Shown here: piece by piece, positions 1 to 12,901 of the stretch
Position numbering within the stretch: the first letter of the stretch is position 1
Layout of the letters: every line of letters starts with the position of its first letter
From: Octopus sinensis
Taxonomy: Eukaryota
NCBI RefSeq assembly: GCF_006345805.1
Contig: NC_043014.1
Location: 45,570,001-45,634,000 of the forward strand
Reading direction: 5' to 3'
Length of the DNA: 64,000 bases
The notes under the pieces: model-generated
The model's database searches: none
Seen by the model: the letters and a program-made list of their open reading frames with translations, nothing else
Told to the model about the DNA's origin: nothing
Made by a program: the position numbers and the translations under genes

Positions 1-380
1 GTGTGTGTGTGTGTGTGTGCGTGCGTGCAAGCATGCTCAAATGTGTACTGTGTACTCTGTGTGTGTGTGTGTGTTTATATTAAATCAGTTCATGACCATC
101 CCTGTAAATTAAGAACAATGTCTTCAGAGATACCGTAATCGATCAAGCGTAAAATTAGCAGCTGCATGCAAAGGTGCAACAGTGTAGGAGTGTGACAGTG
201 TGCAGTTCTGTGACAGCGTCAGAGAAATTAAACAGATTGCCCGAAGGAATGTAAAACAAGCTGGTGCTTATAGGAAAGATGCCATTTCTATCGCTTCCAG
301 AAGTTATTATGCAAGGTGGACATAGCCAATCCCGAATTTCTTTTATTCTTTTCTTTCTTTCCGCCTCCCTCTCGTGTGTA

Positions 381-593
381 TTACTCTTTACTCTCTTTTA
401 CTCGTTTCAGTCATTTGACTGCGGCCATGCTGGAGCACAGCCTTTAATCGAGCAACTCGACCCCGGGACCTATTCTTTGTAAGCCCAGTACTTATTCTAT
501 CGGTCTCTTTTGCCGAACCGCTAAGTGACGGGGATGTAAACACACCAGCATTGGTTGTCAAGCAATGCTAGGGGGACAAACACGGACACACAA

Positions 594-624
<31 letters not shown>

Positions 625-797
625 CATATATATATGACGGGCTTCTTTTCAGTTTCCGTCTACCAAATCCACTCACAAGGCTCTGGTCGGCCTGAGGTTA
701 TATTAGAAGACACTTGCCCAAGGTGTCATGCAGAGGGACTGAACCCGGAACCATGTGGTTGGTAAGCAAGCTACTTACCACACAGCCACTCCTGCGT
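381..797 (-). mobile_element. SINE family A (tRNA-like head, internal TA/TG microsatellite, AAAAGAGT tail)
   Basis: Head ggcgcaggagtggctgtgtggtaag...gggttcagtccc with A/B-box-like motifs; about 20 similar copies in the window. Confidence 0.9.
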
Positions 798-1242
798 CTC
801 AGTGTGCATTTCAATTCATTGATTTGTCAATGTTTAACCCCAGACCAAAAACATTCCCTGTTTGACTTTTATCCTTCTTTATGATAGTAAGCTGTGTGAA
901 CCAATGGGGGATTTGACTGCTATATCTAGGAAAATGAGTGACTACATAGAGGCTATAATAATGGCTGAATGAACATGCAATATTGCTCACCACACCACAC
1001 CAATGTAGCAATGCAGCATGTTATTTAGTAAATCATGGCATTCATTGTAATATATCATGCCATGCATCATTACACCACTGCACCGGATTATACTGTGTGC
1101 ATCATTTAGTGCTGCACACTATGTTATGGATTGCAGCACTATTATATATATTGCAACAGTTTATCATGTTGGCTCATTAATTATAATGTCAGACAGAATG
1201 GCAGTTGTAGAGGCTTGTGGTCAAGATTTGTGCATATGTGTG

Positions 1243-1275
<33 letters not shown>

Positions 1276-1291
1276 ATATGTATGTGTGTGC

Positions 1292-1327
<36 letters not shown>

Positions 1328-1552
1328 ATAATATAAATTGGACATGGGCGATCGTTGTATTCTTTCTTGTCTTGAGGTTCACAGCCAAGCGGCTGGGTGG
1401 ATTCGTGTGAAAAATGGCACGTGAAGACGGGTGCATAGATTGGAATGCAGTTTGTACTTTTTTCCTAGACCCCATAGTTACCAATAAAATCGATTCAGGG
1501 GACCCGAAATGAAATGGTGGAGAAACACTGTTATAGATTATAGATATATATA

Positions 1553-1658
1553 TTTTGTTGAATTTTCTGCTGCTTTAAATAAAGCATATTACTCTATCAC
1601 TGGTATTTGAGTACTCTTTTTTTCCACCTTGTTTCACATTTATGTGTTTACTCCGGTA
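1553..1658 (+). mobile_element. Fragment of the Penelope-like pLTR family seen at 43410/44281
   Basis: ttttgttgaattttctgctgctttaaataaagcatattactctatcactgg...ccggt is the reverse complement of 43410-43514. Confidence 0.7.
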
Positions 1659-1714
<56 letters not shown>

Positions 1715-2419
1715 GTAAACTAGCTCCTGATAACATAGGCTTTAAACTTGAGATATCCAAGTGAGGGTTCAAAGTTATGACATGACTGTGTGCTAATATG
1801 ATTCAGGTGGGTCTTGTTAAAATAAATAATGTCAAAAATAGGCAAAATGGTAACTGTAGAGACTGGTGACAGAGACAATGATGTATGTGTGTTATAATGT
1901 GATGTGTCTAGTTCAAGATAAAATAGGTTTTAAATACCGGATTGAGAACTAAATTGTGACAGTGTGTGCATTGATGTGACTTTGGTTCAGTGATGATGTT
2001 TTGATGTTTTCATAAATAGAGTAAGAAAAAGAGTGAATAATTTTTTGGTGCATTATGATGCCAGAGTGGTGTATGTAGAGGACGATGGTGTTAGAGACAA
2101 GGATACCCAATGAAAACTCGGCAAGTGTGACATAGAACATGTGCTGATGTGATTCAGGAGTGAGTGATGTTTATGAAAAAGAACGTGTAGATAGAGATAA
2201 TTTCTGAAGAGTTTCTCTATCAAAACCAGGAAAAACTTAATCCAGGAATCATAAAGAATTAGAAAAAAATATATATATACACAGCAACTCCATGAAGGAG
2301 GGAAACAAAAAAAAAAAAATAGAAGTAAAAAAGAGAGAGTGGGAGAAATTGTGGGAATTTTTGGTTGTCCCAACCATGCAGGTGATGACTTGTAATAATA
2401 TTATTATATCTGTACTCAC

Positions 2420-2578
2420 TATCATTCCTGTAGGTGTCATAGGGTTTCTCGGGGTCAGACTCGTCGGACAGCTCATGAGCTATGTCATTGTCAGTGTAAG
2501 GCGGCAGCTCATCGGTGTGTTCACTGGAAGTGTTGTGTTTGTTCTCAATGTAGCCATTTGCATTTCCGTACGGACCAT
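2420..2578 (-). CDS. Internal coding exon (159 nt, phase 1-1) of a single-pass membrane protein, cytoplasmic region: (x)GPYGNANGYIENKHNTSSEHTDELPPYTDNDIAHELSDESDPEKPYDTYRND
   Basis: Minus strand: acceptor gttgcaatccttctag|AT, donor GATA|gtgagt; 53 codons open; non-repetitive, GC-richer than flanks; phase matches the TM exon chain. Confidence 0.8.
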
Positions 2579-4366
2579 CTAGAAGGATTGCAACATCAAC
2601 ATCATCATTGCCTGCCCGGTTTTTTTTTGTTTTTTTTTTTAATTAATTAATTAATAATTTACTGCTACTTAAACCAAGAAACATAAGCTAAGTGATATGA
2701 ATAAAAAATATTGATGACAGAGAAAGGAAAGAACTGCACAAAATAAAAAAAAAAGTGAATTAAAAAAATTTGCATAGTCTTGTGCAGAAGTTTCCAAGAG
2801 AAAATGTGAAAAAATGTGGCAGTTCTGAGAAAAAGAAAATTGGCTTAAAGTGAAAAAGGAAAGGCACGATGCAAGTGGAACCAAAAGTGAATTAGCAACA
2901 TGCACATTTTCAAAATTGAGAAAAGGCACATAAACATGCAGCTTTAGGGGAAAAAAAGGAACAGAACAATGTGCAAGTGAACTGAAAGATGTATGGAAGA
3001 AAAAAAAAGATGAGGAGAAAGTGAAAAATGAAGGAAAAGAGAGAAACTGTGTGCTAAGAAAAATGTGATGGTGAGAAAAACTGGAAAAAAAAAAAAAAAA
3101 AAAAAAAAAACCCATTTTATCCCATACACATAATTTATATAACCTGCCTGAGATCATCTCTGATTCTTAGACACATACACACATGCAAAGAAAACAAAAA
3201 GCAACCTCCACCAGTTTCAAAGCATCCGTATTTAGCATATGTATTTGGTGGCCATATAAGAGGCATATCCCCCCCCAATCACCCTTGGTCCAACATGTAT
3301 GTATTTCTTTATTGCCCACAAGGGGCTAAACACAGAGGAGACAAACAAGGACAGACAAAGGGATTAAGTAGATCCTGCTTTTCACACCTACCCCACAATG
3401 CCATTCTAAAAATAAACAATCACATTACCAAAATCTTGAAGTTTCAAGATAATACATGATTAATTGAAAATGATGAGAAAAAATTTGACAAAGTAATCTG
3501 AATACTAAAGGGTCAAGTGCTGAAGAGGTAAGGTTATAAAAATTTTCTTAGTTTTTCATTTGACTTCCATCCTGAATATGAGAAAAATCCTTAACATTTT
3601 GATCATCTGTATAGTTTTGTTTGAATGAGTGAAACTTTCCTCCGTTTTAAACCAAAGCAGGACCCCCCCCCCAAAAAAAAACAATAACAAAGCATCACAA
3701 AGCTTAAATGCTACAACGTTAAGTGAATTCTCTAATCCATGGCATTGTTACTTAAGCAACTAAAAGGTACACAGGTTAAATATTCTGTCCCCGATACACC
3801 ATAAACCTTAATACAATGTAAATTTCTTTTTGTGTTCTAATATTGAAAGCGTTATCGGTTCGGCTTAATGGCATAAAAATCTAAAGGAGAAGCTGTACAC
3901 AATGAAATGTTTCTTGCTCGTTTCGAAATCCCAATTTGATACAACAGAGATGGTTGGCATTTACTGTGTCTACATAATATCAGTAATAACCCGATTCATT
4001 CAACCGATCTTATTTATGAGAACGATAATTATTAAGCTTGCCGTTTTATGATGAGTATAATGGCTTGAAATAAAGAAACAGAATGGCAAGCCTATTAATT
4101 GATATTCAACAAAAATGAAGTAAGCTAGAGCCATTCACCACTGCCATTAAATTTGATTATTGTAATTTGTATATTTGATCTTGTGAGCATTGCAAATATT
4201 GGATTAACCTCGTATATCCAGCTATTCATTAAAATTGAAGACAGTAGGGCACTATAGTTGTAAAGCATTCAACACAGGCGCTCAGAAAATACAGGCTCGC
4301 ATCATGTTACTAGGAAAATCAGGTTTTGATTCAGACAGTCTTTTACTGGGATTCTATTGTAAGTTA

Positions 4367-4710
4367 TAGTGAAGGCGCATGGCTCAGTGGTTAGAGCGTC
4401 GAGCTTACGATCGTGAGGTTGTGAGCTCGAATCCCGGACCGGGCTGCATGTTGTGTTCTCGAGCAAGGCACTTTATTTCACGTTGCTCCAGTTCACTCAG
4501 CTGTAGAAATGAGTTGCGACGTCACAGGTGCCAAGCTGTATTGACCTTTGTCTTTCCCTTGGATAACACTGGTGGCGTGGAGAGGGGAGGCTGGTATGCA
4601 TGGGCGACTGCTGGCATTCCATAAACAACCTTGCCCGGACTTGTGTCTAGGAGGGTAACTTTCTAGGTGCAATCCCATGGTCATTCATGACCGAAGGGGG
4701 TCTTTACCCT
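4367..4710 (+). mobile_element. SINE family C, full length with 12-bp TSD
   Basis: tRNA-like head ggcgcatggctcagtggttagagc...tcgaatccc; TSD tattgtaagtta at 4355-4366 and 4711-4722; second copy at about 11118-11398. Confidence 0.9.
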
Positions 4711-4889
4711 TATTGTAAGTTAAGGGCAAATGCGTGGCTTTGTGGCTAGGGTGCTTGGTACCAGTGATGTTGACCTAGTAGAAGACACTTGCCCAAGGCG
4801 CCACACAGTGAGAATGAACCTGGAACCATGTGGTTGGTAAGCAATCTACTTACCACACAGCCACTCAAGACCTTTCTTCTAAATTCCTC

Positions 4890-5346
4890 CACCCCATGGT
4901 TGTTTATGACAGACCAGCAGTCACCCATGCATACCAGGCTCTCCCTTCTCCACACCACTGATGTTATCCAAGGGAAAGGCAAAAGGCCGATACAGCTTCG
5001 TACCAGTGACATCACAACTCATTTCTACAGATGAGTGAACTGGAGCAACATGAAATAAAGTGTCTTGCTCAAGAACACAACACGTAGCCCGGTCCGGGAT
5101 TTGAACTCATATCATGATTGTGAGCCTTACACTCTAACCCAGTGGTTTTGAACCAGGGTTCCGCAAAAAGTTACAAAACTGCTAAAATCGGCAGTAATTT
5201 TTAAGTCCCCTGTGCAGATATGTGTGCATAAGACTATTAAATTATTGCACAGGGGTTCCTCGAGCCAGTGGAATGTTTCCTTGGGGTTCCGCTCCAGCAA
5301 AAAGTTTGAAAAGCACTGCTCTAACCACTAGGCCACGTGCCTTCAC
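4890..5346 (-). mobile_element. Family C-related SINE interrupted by a hAT MITE
   Basis: Shares ttcttgagcaagacactttatttcatgttgctccagttcactca core. Confidence 0.7.
5140..5318. mobile_element. hAT-type MITE (179 bp)
   Basis: CAGTG...CACTG termini, perfect 8-bp TSD ctctaacc at 5132-5139 and 5319-5326. Confidence 0.88.
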
Positions 5347-5392
5347 AGTTGAAACATAATGCTGTGTATTTCATTAGAAATATGGTGATCAC

Positions 5393-5725
5393 CAAATCAT
5401 CATCATCATCACCATCATCGTTTAACGTCCGTTTTCCGCGCTAGCATGGGTTGGATGGTTCGACCGGGGTCTGGGAAGCCAGGGGCTGCACCAGGCTCCA
5501 GTCTGATCTGGCAGAGTTTCTACAGCTGGATGCCCTTCCTAACGCCAACCACTCCGCGAGTGTAGTGGGTGCTTTTTACGTGCCACCTGCACAGGTGCCA
5601 GGGGGGTCCGGCATCGGCCACGATCGGTTGGAGCTTTTAACGTGCCACCGGCACGGAAGCCAGCCAAGGCGGCGCTGGCAACGGCCACGTTCGGATGGTG
5701 CTTTTTATGTGCCACCGGCACAGGG
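5393..5725 (-). mobile_element. Family E: 5'-truncated retroposon with (GAT)n tail and tandem subrepeats, probably an RTE-like LINE 3' region
   Basis: ggttggcgttaggaagggcatccagc motif, ccatgctagcatgg-type palindrome, gacgttaaacgatgatgat tail; other copies about 12233-12505, 12902-13250, 16690-16918, 17720-17865, 19715-19915, 20405-20690, 35060-35237, 41720-42262. Confidence 0.8.
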
Positions 5726-6161
5726 TTTAAATAATGCTATCTTATGTAATGTTTGAAAATCTGGCTTCAAATGTGGAAATAAATGGAATGGCTTGTTATT
5801 TTTATGATTCCTGATTATTATTTTCAAGATGATTAACCAAAACGCTTTAAGCATTCAGATTCTGTTGAATGTAAAGCTTATTAATTCACATCATCATTTA
5901 ACATCTCCTTTCCATGCTGGAATGGGTCACACTGTTTTGAATTATGTATAATGTTGTAGCTTCAAGTGCAAGTGGCTAGGGTGCTTGGATCATGACTGTA
6001 AGGTTGTGAGTTTGATACCAGGTGGTATGTTGTGTCCTTGAGCAAGACGCTTTATTTCATGTTGTTCTAGTGCACTCAGTTGACAAAAATGAATAGTACC
6101 TGGAGATCAAAAGGGCCAGCCTTGCCACATTCTGTGTCAGGCTAAATCTATTTCTTTACTA

Positions 6162-6381
6162 CCCACAAGGGGCTAAACACAGAGAGGACAAACAAGGACA
6201 GACAAACGGATTAAGTCGATTACATCGACCCCAGTGCGAAACTAGTACTTAATTTATCGACCCCGAAAGGATGAAAGGCAAAGTCGACCTCAGCGGAATT
6301 TGAACTCAGAACATAACAGCAGACGAAATATGGCTACGCATTTCGCCCGGTGTGCTAACGATTCTGCCAGCTCGCCGCCTA
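6162..6381 (-). mobile_element. SINE family B (head ggcggcgagctggcag, B-box gagttcaaattcc, core gtcgactttgcctttcatcctttcggggtcgat)
   Basis: Many copies; the core resembles, from memory and unverified, the conserved Meta-type SINE central domain. Confidence 0.85.
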
Positions 6382-6729
6382 TTTTTAGAATGATATCAGA
6401 GGGTTGAAGCGAGAGGCCAGGTCTGCAGGAAATTTTGGTCAGATATGGCCAGTTTAAATGCTAAAGGGTGAAAGTGATCTAAATAAAAACTTTCTTCAAA
6501 ATTTCATGTTAATTTATGGTTCAAATACCAGATTAATAATGACTAAATCCTTCATTATTTTCAAAATTAATTAAAACAATTTGCATTGTATTTTCAAACG
6601 ACAAAATTATTTTTACTACCTTCTTCTCTAATTTTACTGAGATATGGTAACATGGTTAAAATCTATTTGTCATAGCTAGGATCTTTTAGGTCTGCTCTAC
6701 TAGGGATACAAAGTAACCTTTGTATGGTC

Positions 6730-6960
6730 AAATAACCTGCTAGAAATAGCAGTCAAATCCCACTTGGAATCTGCTCTACTGTCTTATTGCCTAAAAGAAA
6801 AACAAAAAAAAACTCCTGTCGCATAAGACAATGTAATGTTAACCTACATAAAAACAAAGAACGGTACAATCACTGCTAGAACTGGAACACCTTTGATTAT
6901 GGTAAGTCTGTTCAGTCAAGTCTGACTAACCTGGGGCTTAACAACAACAACAAGAAACAA
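6730..6960 (+). mobile_element. Family G: degenerate retroposon 3' end with (AAC)n tail
   Basis: ctgctagaaatagcagtcaaatc ... ctggggctaaacaacaac; related pieces at about 7830-8225, 8700-8825, 48330-48500, 56540-56780. Confidence 0.65.
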
Positions 6961-8296
6961 CTACAACCAGAATTGAATGTCTTTCTAACAGTACAAATAT
7001 CTGATCTACATACTATCTATCCATCGATTATTAATCTGATTTTACTCAATAATGTCAGTTCAGGCTAAGACAAGAGGAAAGACAACACTACTATAACAGA
7101 GAATGCCTGCCATATTCTAAACGGGAAAGTAAAGACAGAAGTGTGTTGCAAATGTGTGTTGTGTTGTCAACATAACAGGATTTCTCTAGATAATTGCTTA
7201 ATTATCATAAACAACAGGGAGTAGGTTATTACAGATGGGTTACTTATAAAGAAAACAATTGATTTTCCCCTTTGCTTTTACTTTTTTGATTTCATTTTGT
7301 TTTCATTTATTTTATTTCATCTGAGAAGTTTCCCTGCTGTTCAGTGAATGTTGCAATCTGCGAACATGTAAGACAACAGCATAAGAACTACACACATAGT
7401 TCTTTATGCTATTTATCAGAATACAATAACTTTTTTGATATTTTCCAAGATTATATTTTATGCTTCATGTTTTTTCTTTCTTTTTCAAATCATAAAAAAC
7501 AAAAAACAAAAAAAAAAAGACGAAACAAAACATCAATAATGTTTTTGGTAATGAATAAAACTTAATCAAAGAGATGAAAGTTAAATTCACGAAATTAGCA
7601 TAATTTAATTTAAGAATTTCAATTCTCAATGAATGAATTACAGGTGCAATCAACCTGAGGCAGCAGGTGAACGAAAGGTAAAATATGGCAGAATTTGAAC
7701 TCATAATATAAAAAGGTCAACTAAATAGGGCTCAGCTTTTGTTTGGTCTCACTGCCATCCTCATACCAACACCACAGTGACTGTCTGTCACCATTACCAT
7801 ACAATGAGGGAGTCTCTGCAAAGTCATTCAAACTGCTAGAAATAGCAGTCAAATCTTTTTCAGAATACACTTTGCTGTCTTAAATAAGGCAGTCTACATT
7901 GAACAATATTGTCTCTAGTAGAGACAAAACAGGATGGTCATGGTTGAAATGCCTTTGAGCAGGAGTCCTCTCAATCAGAGGCTGGCTGGCCTGTGGCTAA
8001 ACAACAACTGTTTTAAAGAAGCATTCTGCATGCTTACTGAAGTTGGTACAAATAGCAGTCAAACGTTCCTGAAATCACATGTTGTCATTCTCAACGAAGG
8101 ACACAGAGTTATGAGGTCCTTGGTACACAACGCCTAAATAAAACATGGAATATTTAGGACTGGAATGCCTTTGACCCTAAATATGTCTGTTGAATCAGAG
8201 CTGACATGGGGCTAAACAACAACAAACCAAGAAAGTCTCTAATGTTATCGCTCAGCATGCTAAAAATAGATGCCAAATCTGCCTCGAATTACACCT

Positions 8297-8662
8297 TACT
8301 CTTTTACTTGTTTCAGTCATTTGACTGTGGCCATGCTGGAGCGCCACCTTTAGTCAAGCAAATCGACCCCATTCTTTGGAAGCCTAGTACTTATTCTATC
8401 GGTCTCTTTTACCGAACCGCTAAGTTACGGGGACATAAACACACCAGCATTGGTTGTCAAGGGATGTTGGGGGGACAAACGCAGACATACCAACATATAC
8501 ACACACACATATATATATATACATATATACGATGGGCTTCTTTCAATTTCTGTTTACCAAATCCACTCACAAGGCTTTGGTTGGCCCGAGGCTATAGTAG
8601 AAGACACTTGCCCAAGGTGCCACGCAGTGGGACTGAACCTGGAACCATGTGGTTGGTAAGCA
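8297..8662 (-). mobile_element. SINE family A
   Basis: Colinear with 381-797. Confidence 0.85.
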
Positions 8663-8823
8663 ATTGTCATAAAAAATACAAAAAAAAATAGTGAAATGAA
8701 GTGGGATCACATTGGATAACATACTTCTAGATAATTTGGCTTTGATTAAGGCAGAGTGGTCATGGATGGAATGTCTTTGGTCACATGTTTGCATAACAAG
8801 GGACGATTTGGGGCTAAACAACA

Positions 8824-8833
8824 ACTACTACTG

Positions 8834-8900
<67 letters not shown>
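8824..8900. repeat. (CTA)n microsatellite
   Basis: Direct reading. Confidence 0.97.
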
Positions 8901-8902
<2 letters not shown>

Positions 8903-9968
8903 GTGGCAGTGAAACCTCATCTGTTGTTCAAGATTGATGAGGACCCCTCAACTTTTTTGTTGAATAACCTGCACAGAAGATTTGTTTACAGGGATTGAAA
9001 TATTTCTGCTGCACATTAGTTCACACTCTCTCTCTCCATCAAATAAATCATCATTACCTGTACCTGTAAAAGGCAGGTGTGCAACAAGCATCAGATGTCG
9101 AAGTGACTGCAGAGCAGCATGAAAATGAAGTGCTTAGCTCAAGAACACAACACACTGCCTAGCTCAGGAATTGAAACCACAACCTTGCAAGTTGGAGTGC
9201 AACCACTAGGCCATACGCCTTCACCACCACCATACCACCACCATCACTACTACTACTACTACTACTAATGCTTTATTGTATGGTACCAGGGCTAAGCCAC
9301 ACAATGAGACTTCTTGTCTTAGTCTAGTCTGCCTGGCTGACAAAATGGGTTCCAGCTGTGTAAACATTTCCTCCAACGGAATGCACAAACGCAGAAAATT
9401 TGCAACGAGTCACCCTATCCCAGATCCCCCACCCCCAGCAGCAGCAGCAAAAGGAAGAAGAGTAATTACAATTCTGACTTAATTTTATTTTCATTTACTT
9501 TTTTATTTCTTTTTTTTTAAAATATTTTTTTAGTATAAAAAAAAAATGAAAAATAAAAATGGTTGGCCTATTAACTGGAACAATTCAGTATCATTTATTA
9601 TTATTATTTTTTCGTTTACTCTTTTCTAAAATAAATTCTAATCTGGAGAAATTGGATTAAGCTTAAAACATACACACACTTGAGTATGTGTGTGTGTGTG
9701 TGTGTGTGTGCACGCACAGACGGGCACATAGCAAACAGCTATACAAAACCGACAACAAAAACCCAACCAAATGCTACAAAACTAAAACCTCGTTAGCTTA
9801 GTTAACAAAGTTTTTGTTTAACGGAAATCAAATTATTGACAAGGGAAATAAATCTTTTGGAAATTACTCCCCCCCCCCGTCCCCCCACACCACCACCACC
9901 ACCCACATCGACGACAATGAATACTACTACCACCACCACCACCACCACCACCATTGGTCTCCTCTTAC

Positions 9969-9983
9969 TGCCACTCCCCACTG
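9969..9983 (-). CDS. Candidate 15-nt symmetric micro-exon (CAGTGGGGAGTGGCA; (T)VGSG in phase 1)
   Basis: Minus strand: tttttttggttttcag|...|gtaaga; frame-neutral; NAGNAG alternative gives 12 nt; splice signals only. Confidence 0.3.
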
Positions 9984-11117
9984 CTGAAAACCAAAAAAAT
10001 TCTTTGGAAACCAGGTTAATCCACACAGATCATCATCTTATCTTCAACTGCAGTAAAAATAACAATACCAAAACCATAACATACCACCTCCACCCCCTCT
10101 CTCTCCCATTCTACTCAACCAGCCTCTCTCTAGAAAATCTATCTTGTTGGTTACTTACATTGTAATTATTATTATTATTATTATTATTACTATTATTACT
10201 ATTACATTCTTTTTGTGCTTTACTTCTGAAGAGAGAGAGATTTTTTTTTTCTCAAAGAGTCAACAAGTGCTTTTCCAAATAGTTTTATCACCTTTACATC
10301 AAACACAGAATAAGGAATGGAATGAAGGACACTACTTCTAATAAATTGTCAGCACATTATATATATATATATATTTATTATTATTATAATTTTTATTAAT
10401 AGTATCACTGTTGCATTGCCAAAAATTGAGCTTGCATCATCATCGTCATTACATTCCTGGCAATAACATCTGTTAATTCCTCACTCACACAGTAATAATA
10501 ATAATAATAATGATAATAATAATAATAATAATAAAAGTGTGCATGTGCATGGTGAATGGTGCATATGAAAAGGAAAATGGATATTTCTCAATCTTGAAGA
10601 AGAAGAAGAATGAGAACAAAAAAATAAAAGAGGAGAGGACAAGAAGAAAAGGAGGATGAAAATATATAGAGGGGATGGGGAGGAAGAAGAGAACAAAACG
10701 TAGGCAGAATAAAAAAAAAAAGAAAATAGACAAAGGAAGAAGAAAAGAAGTAGAGGAAAACAGAAAGGGAGAAATATTAAGAAAAATAACTTTTTGTTTT
10801 TAAATACTGTTATGAGAAAAATACCAAGATATTGTGATATAAATAATTATCTGTAAATTCTTGAGTTGGGAACCTTCAAAGAAAGCACACCTCCTACTTA
10901 TCGAGCACCTCCCACGCTCATCACTCCTATCTTCTCTCCAGTGCACTGATTCAACTCTTAATACAAATTACTAGTTTACCGACTGAGCAGAAGAAGTGTA
11001 ATATTGTACGAGGTTAAAATAGGATAAAGGGACCAGAACAGGTGTCTTGCTGAACAGGGGTTACAAATGTGAACCTGCAGAATCGTAAGCACATTTGGCA
11101 AAACTCTTAATGGCATT

Positions 11118-11398
11118 TCGTTCGAGCTCAAATCCCGGACCGGGCTGCGTGTTGTGTTCTTGAGCAAGGCACTTTATTTCACTCAGCTGTAGAAATGAGT
11201 TGCGACGTCACTGGTGCCAAAATGTATCGACCTTTGTCTTTCCCTTGGATAACACTGGTGGCGTGGAGAGGGGAGGCTGGTATGCATGGGCGACTGCTGG
11301 TCTTCCATAAACAACCTTGCCCGGACTTGTGTCTAGGAGGGTAACTTTCTAGGTGCAATCCCATGGTCATTCATGACCGAAGGGGGTCTTTACCCTTT
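11118..11398 (+). mobile_element. SINE family C, 5'-truncated
   Basis: Near-identical to 4420-4710. Confidence 0.85.
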
Positions 11399-11489
11399 TA
11401 CATTCATATGTTCAAATTCTGTTGAGGTGACTTTACCATTCACTCTTTAGGGGGTGGTGGTCAATCATCATTGTTTAACGTCCGCTTCC

Positions 11490-11684
11490 CAGACACACAC
11501 ATGCATACATATATATAGATATATATGATGGGCTTCTTTCAGTCTCCATCTACAAAATCCACTCACAAGGCTTTGGTCGGCCTGAGGTTATAGTAGAAGA
11601 CACTTGCCCAAGGTGCCATGCAGTGGAGCTGAACCCGGAACCATGTGGTTTGCAAGCAAGCTACTTACCACACAGCCACTCCTA
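11490..11684 (-). mobile_element. SINE family A, 5' half
   Basis: Head to microsatellite only. Confidence 0.8.
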
Positions 11685-12616
11685 TATTTAACAGCAATAA
11701 AACAAAACAATATACGCGTGTGTCATCTACTGAGACCAAATAATAATAGCAACACGGAGAGAACAGCCAATAAGAAGAGTAAATTAGCTTTCAAAATTAA
11801 TGGGTACTTAGTGTAAATAGACACAAGTAGGCTGAAACTTCAATTTCAAGATACGCACATCAGATTAACTCGAAAGAACCAATCTAATAATAGAAACATA
11901 ATGATACTAACAAAGATTTTCTTCACAAATTCTCAAGAGCAGACAATTGCCAGGCAGGATTTGTTGTTGTCGGACTGAAGATTGTGTTTTTGTATGTATT
12001 GATAAATATATACTACTGCCTCAATGCCTTCACTTAATATAATAAGCACGAACTGAAGTTACTGTGAAAAGGCAAATCTAATTAAGCAATTATTTTTAGT
12101 GCTTTCGAAGTCATTAGAGAGTCCCAAACCAGAGGTTTTACTCATTATAAGTTGCACCTTTTATTTAGTGTTAAAACTAGGAGTATATTTTTTTTTTCCC
12201 CCTTCATGTTGCACCTCAAGTTTTTCAATTTAAATCATCATCATCATCGTTTAACGTCCGCTTTCCATGCTAGCATGGGTTGGACGATTTGACTGAGGGC
12301 TGGCGAACCAGATGGCTGCACCAGGCTCCAATCTTGATTTGGCAGAGTTTCTATAGCTGGATGCCCTTCCTAACGCCAACCACTCCGAGCGTGTAGTGGG
12401 TGCTTTTTACGTGCCACCGGCATGGAGGCTAGTCAGGCAGTACTGGCAACGACCTCGCTCGAATCCTTTTACACATGCCACCAGCACAGGTGCCAGTAAA
12501 GCGCAAGTATAAAATTAGTGTGACTTATACTTATTTATCTCTCAGTCACAGAGGCCAATTTCAAAAACCATTCAGAAGTATAAAATGAAATTGATGGTGA
12601 TGAAGATAACATAGAC

Positions 12617-12901
12617 CAGTGGTTCTCAAACGTTTTCAGGTTGCCATCTCCTTGGCACCCAGGTCACATTCCTAGTGCTCCCACCCCACTTACCACCACA
12701 AACATAGACCACTTTCTGCATCAAGTTCAAAACAGCAGTATTTCTCAAATAAAGATTAAGCTAATTAACCCACTATTTTGTTGTTTTTACATCCATTGTC
12801 CTCTTTTGGCCGCCCCTTTACTGCTCCCACTTTTCTTCAGCACCCCCTGGATCTTTCCACCATTCTCAGAGGGGTAGTACCACTCACTTTGGGAACCACT
12901 G
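12617..12901. mobile_element. hAT-type MITE
   Basis: cagtggttctcaaa / tttgggaaccactg TIRs; right TSD not seen (family E tail abuts). Confidence 0.7.

Noticed and set aside
565-765. Recurrent ORF type ...DGLLSVSVYQIHSQGFGRPEAIVEDTCPRCHAVGLNPEPCGW
   Set aside because: Antisense translation of SINE family A, repeated at each copy
4373-4445. tRNA-like sequences at SINE heads (also 23015-23085, 48990-49060)
   Set aside because: They continue into SINE bodies with TSDs and do not close a full cloverleaf; not tRNA genes
9058-9063. 6-nt AG/GT-bounded segment (ttacag|gtacag|gtaatg) on the minus strand
   Set aside because: Lies within a degenerate SINE body
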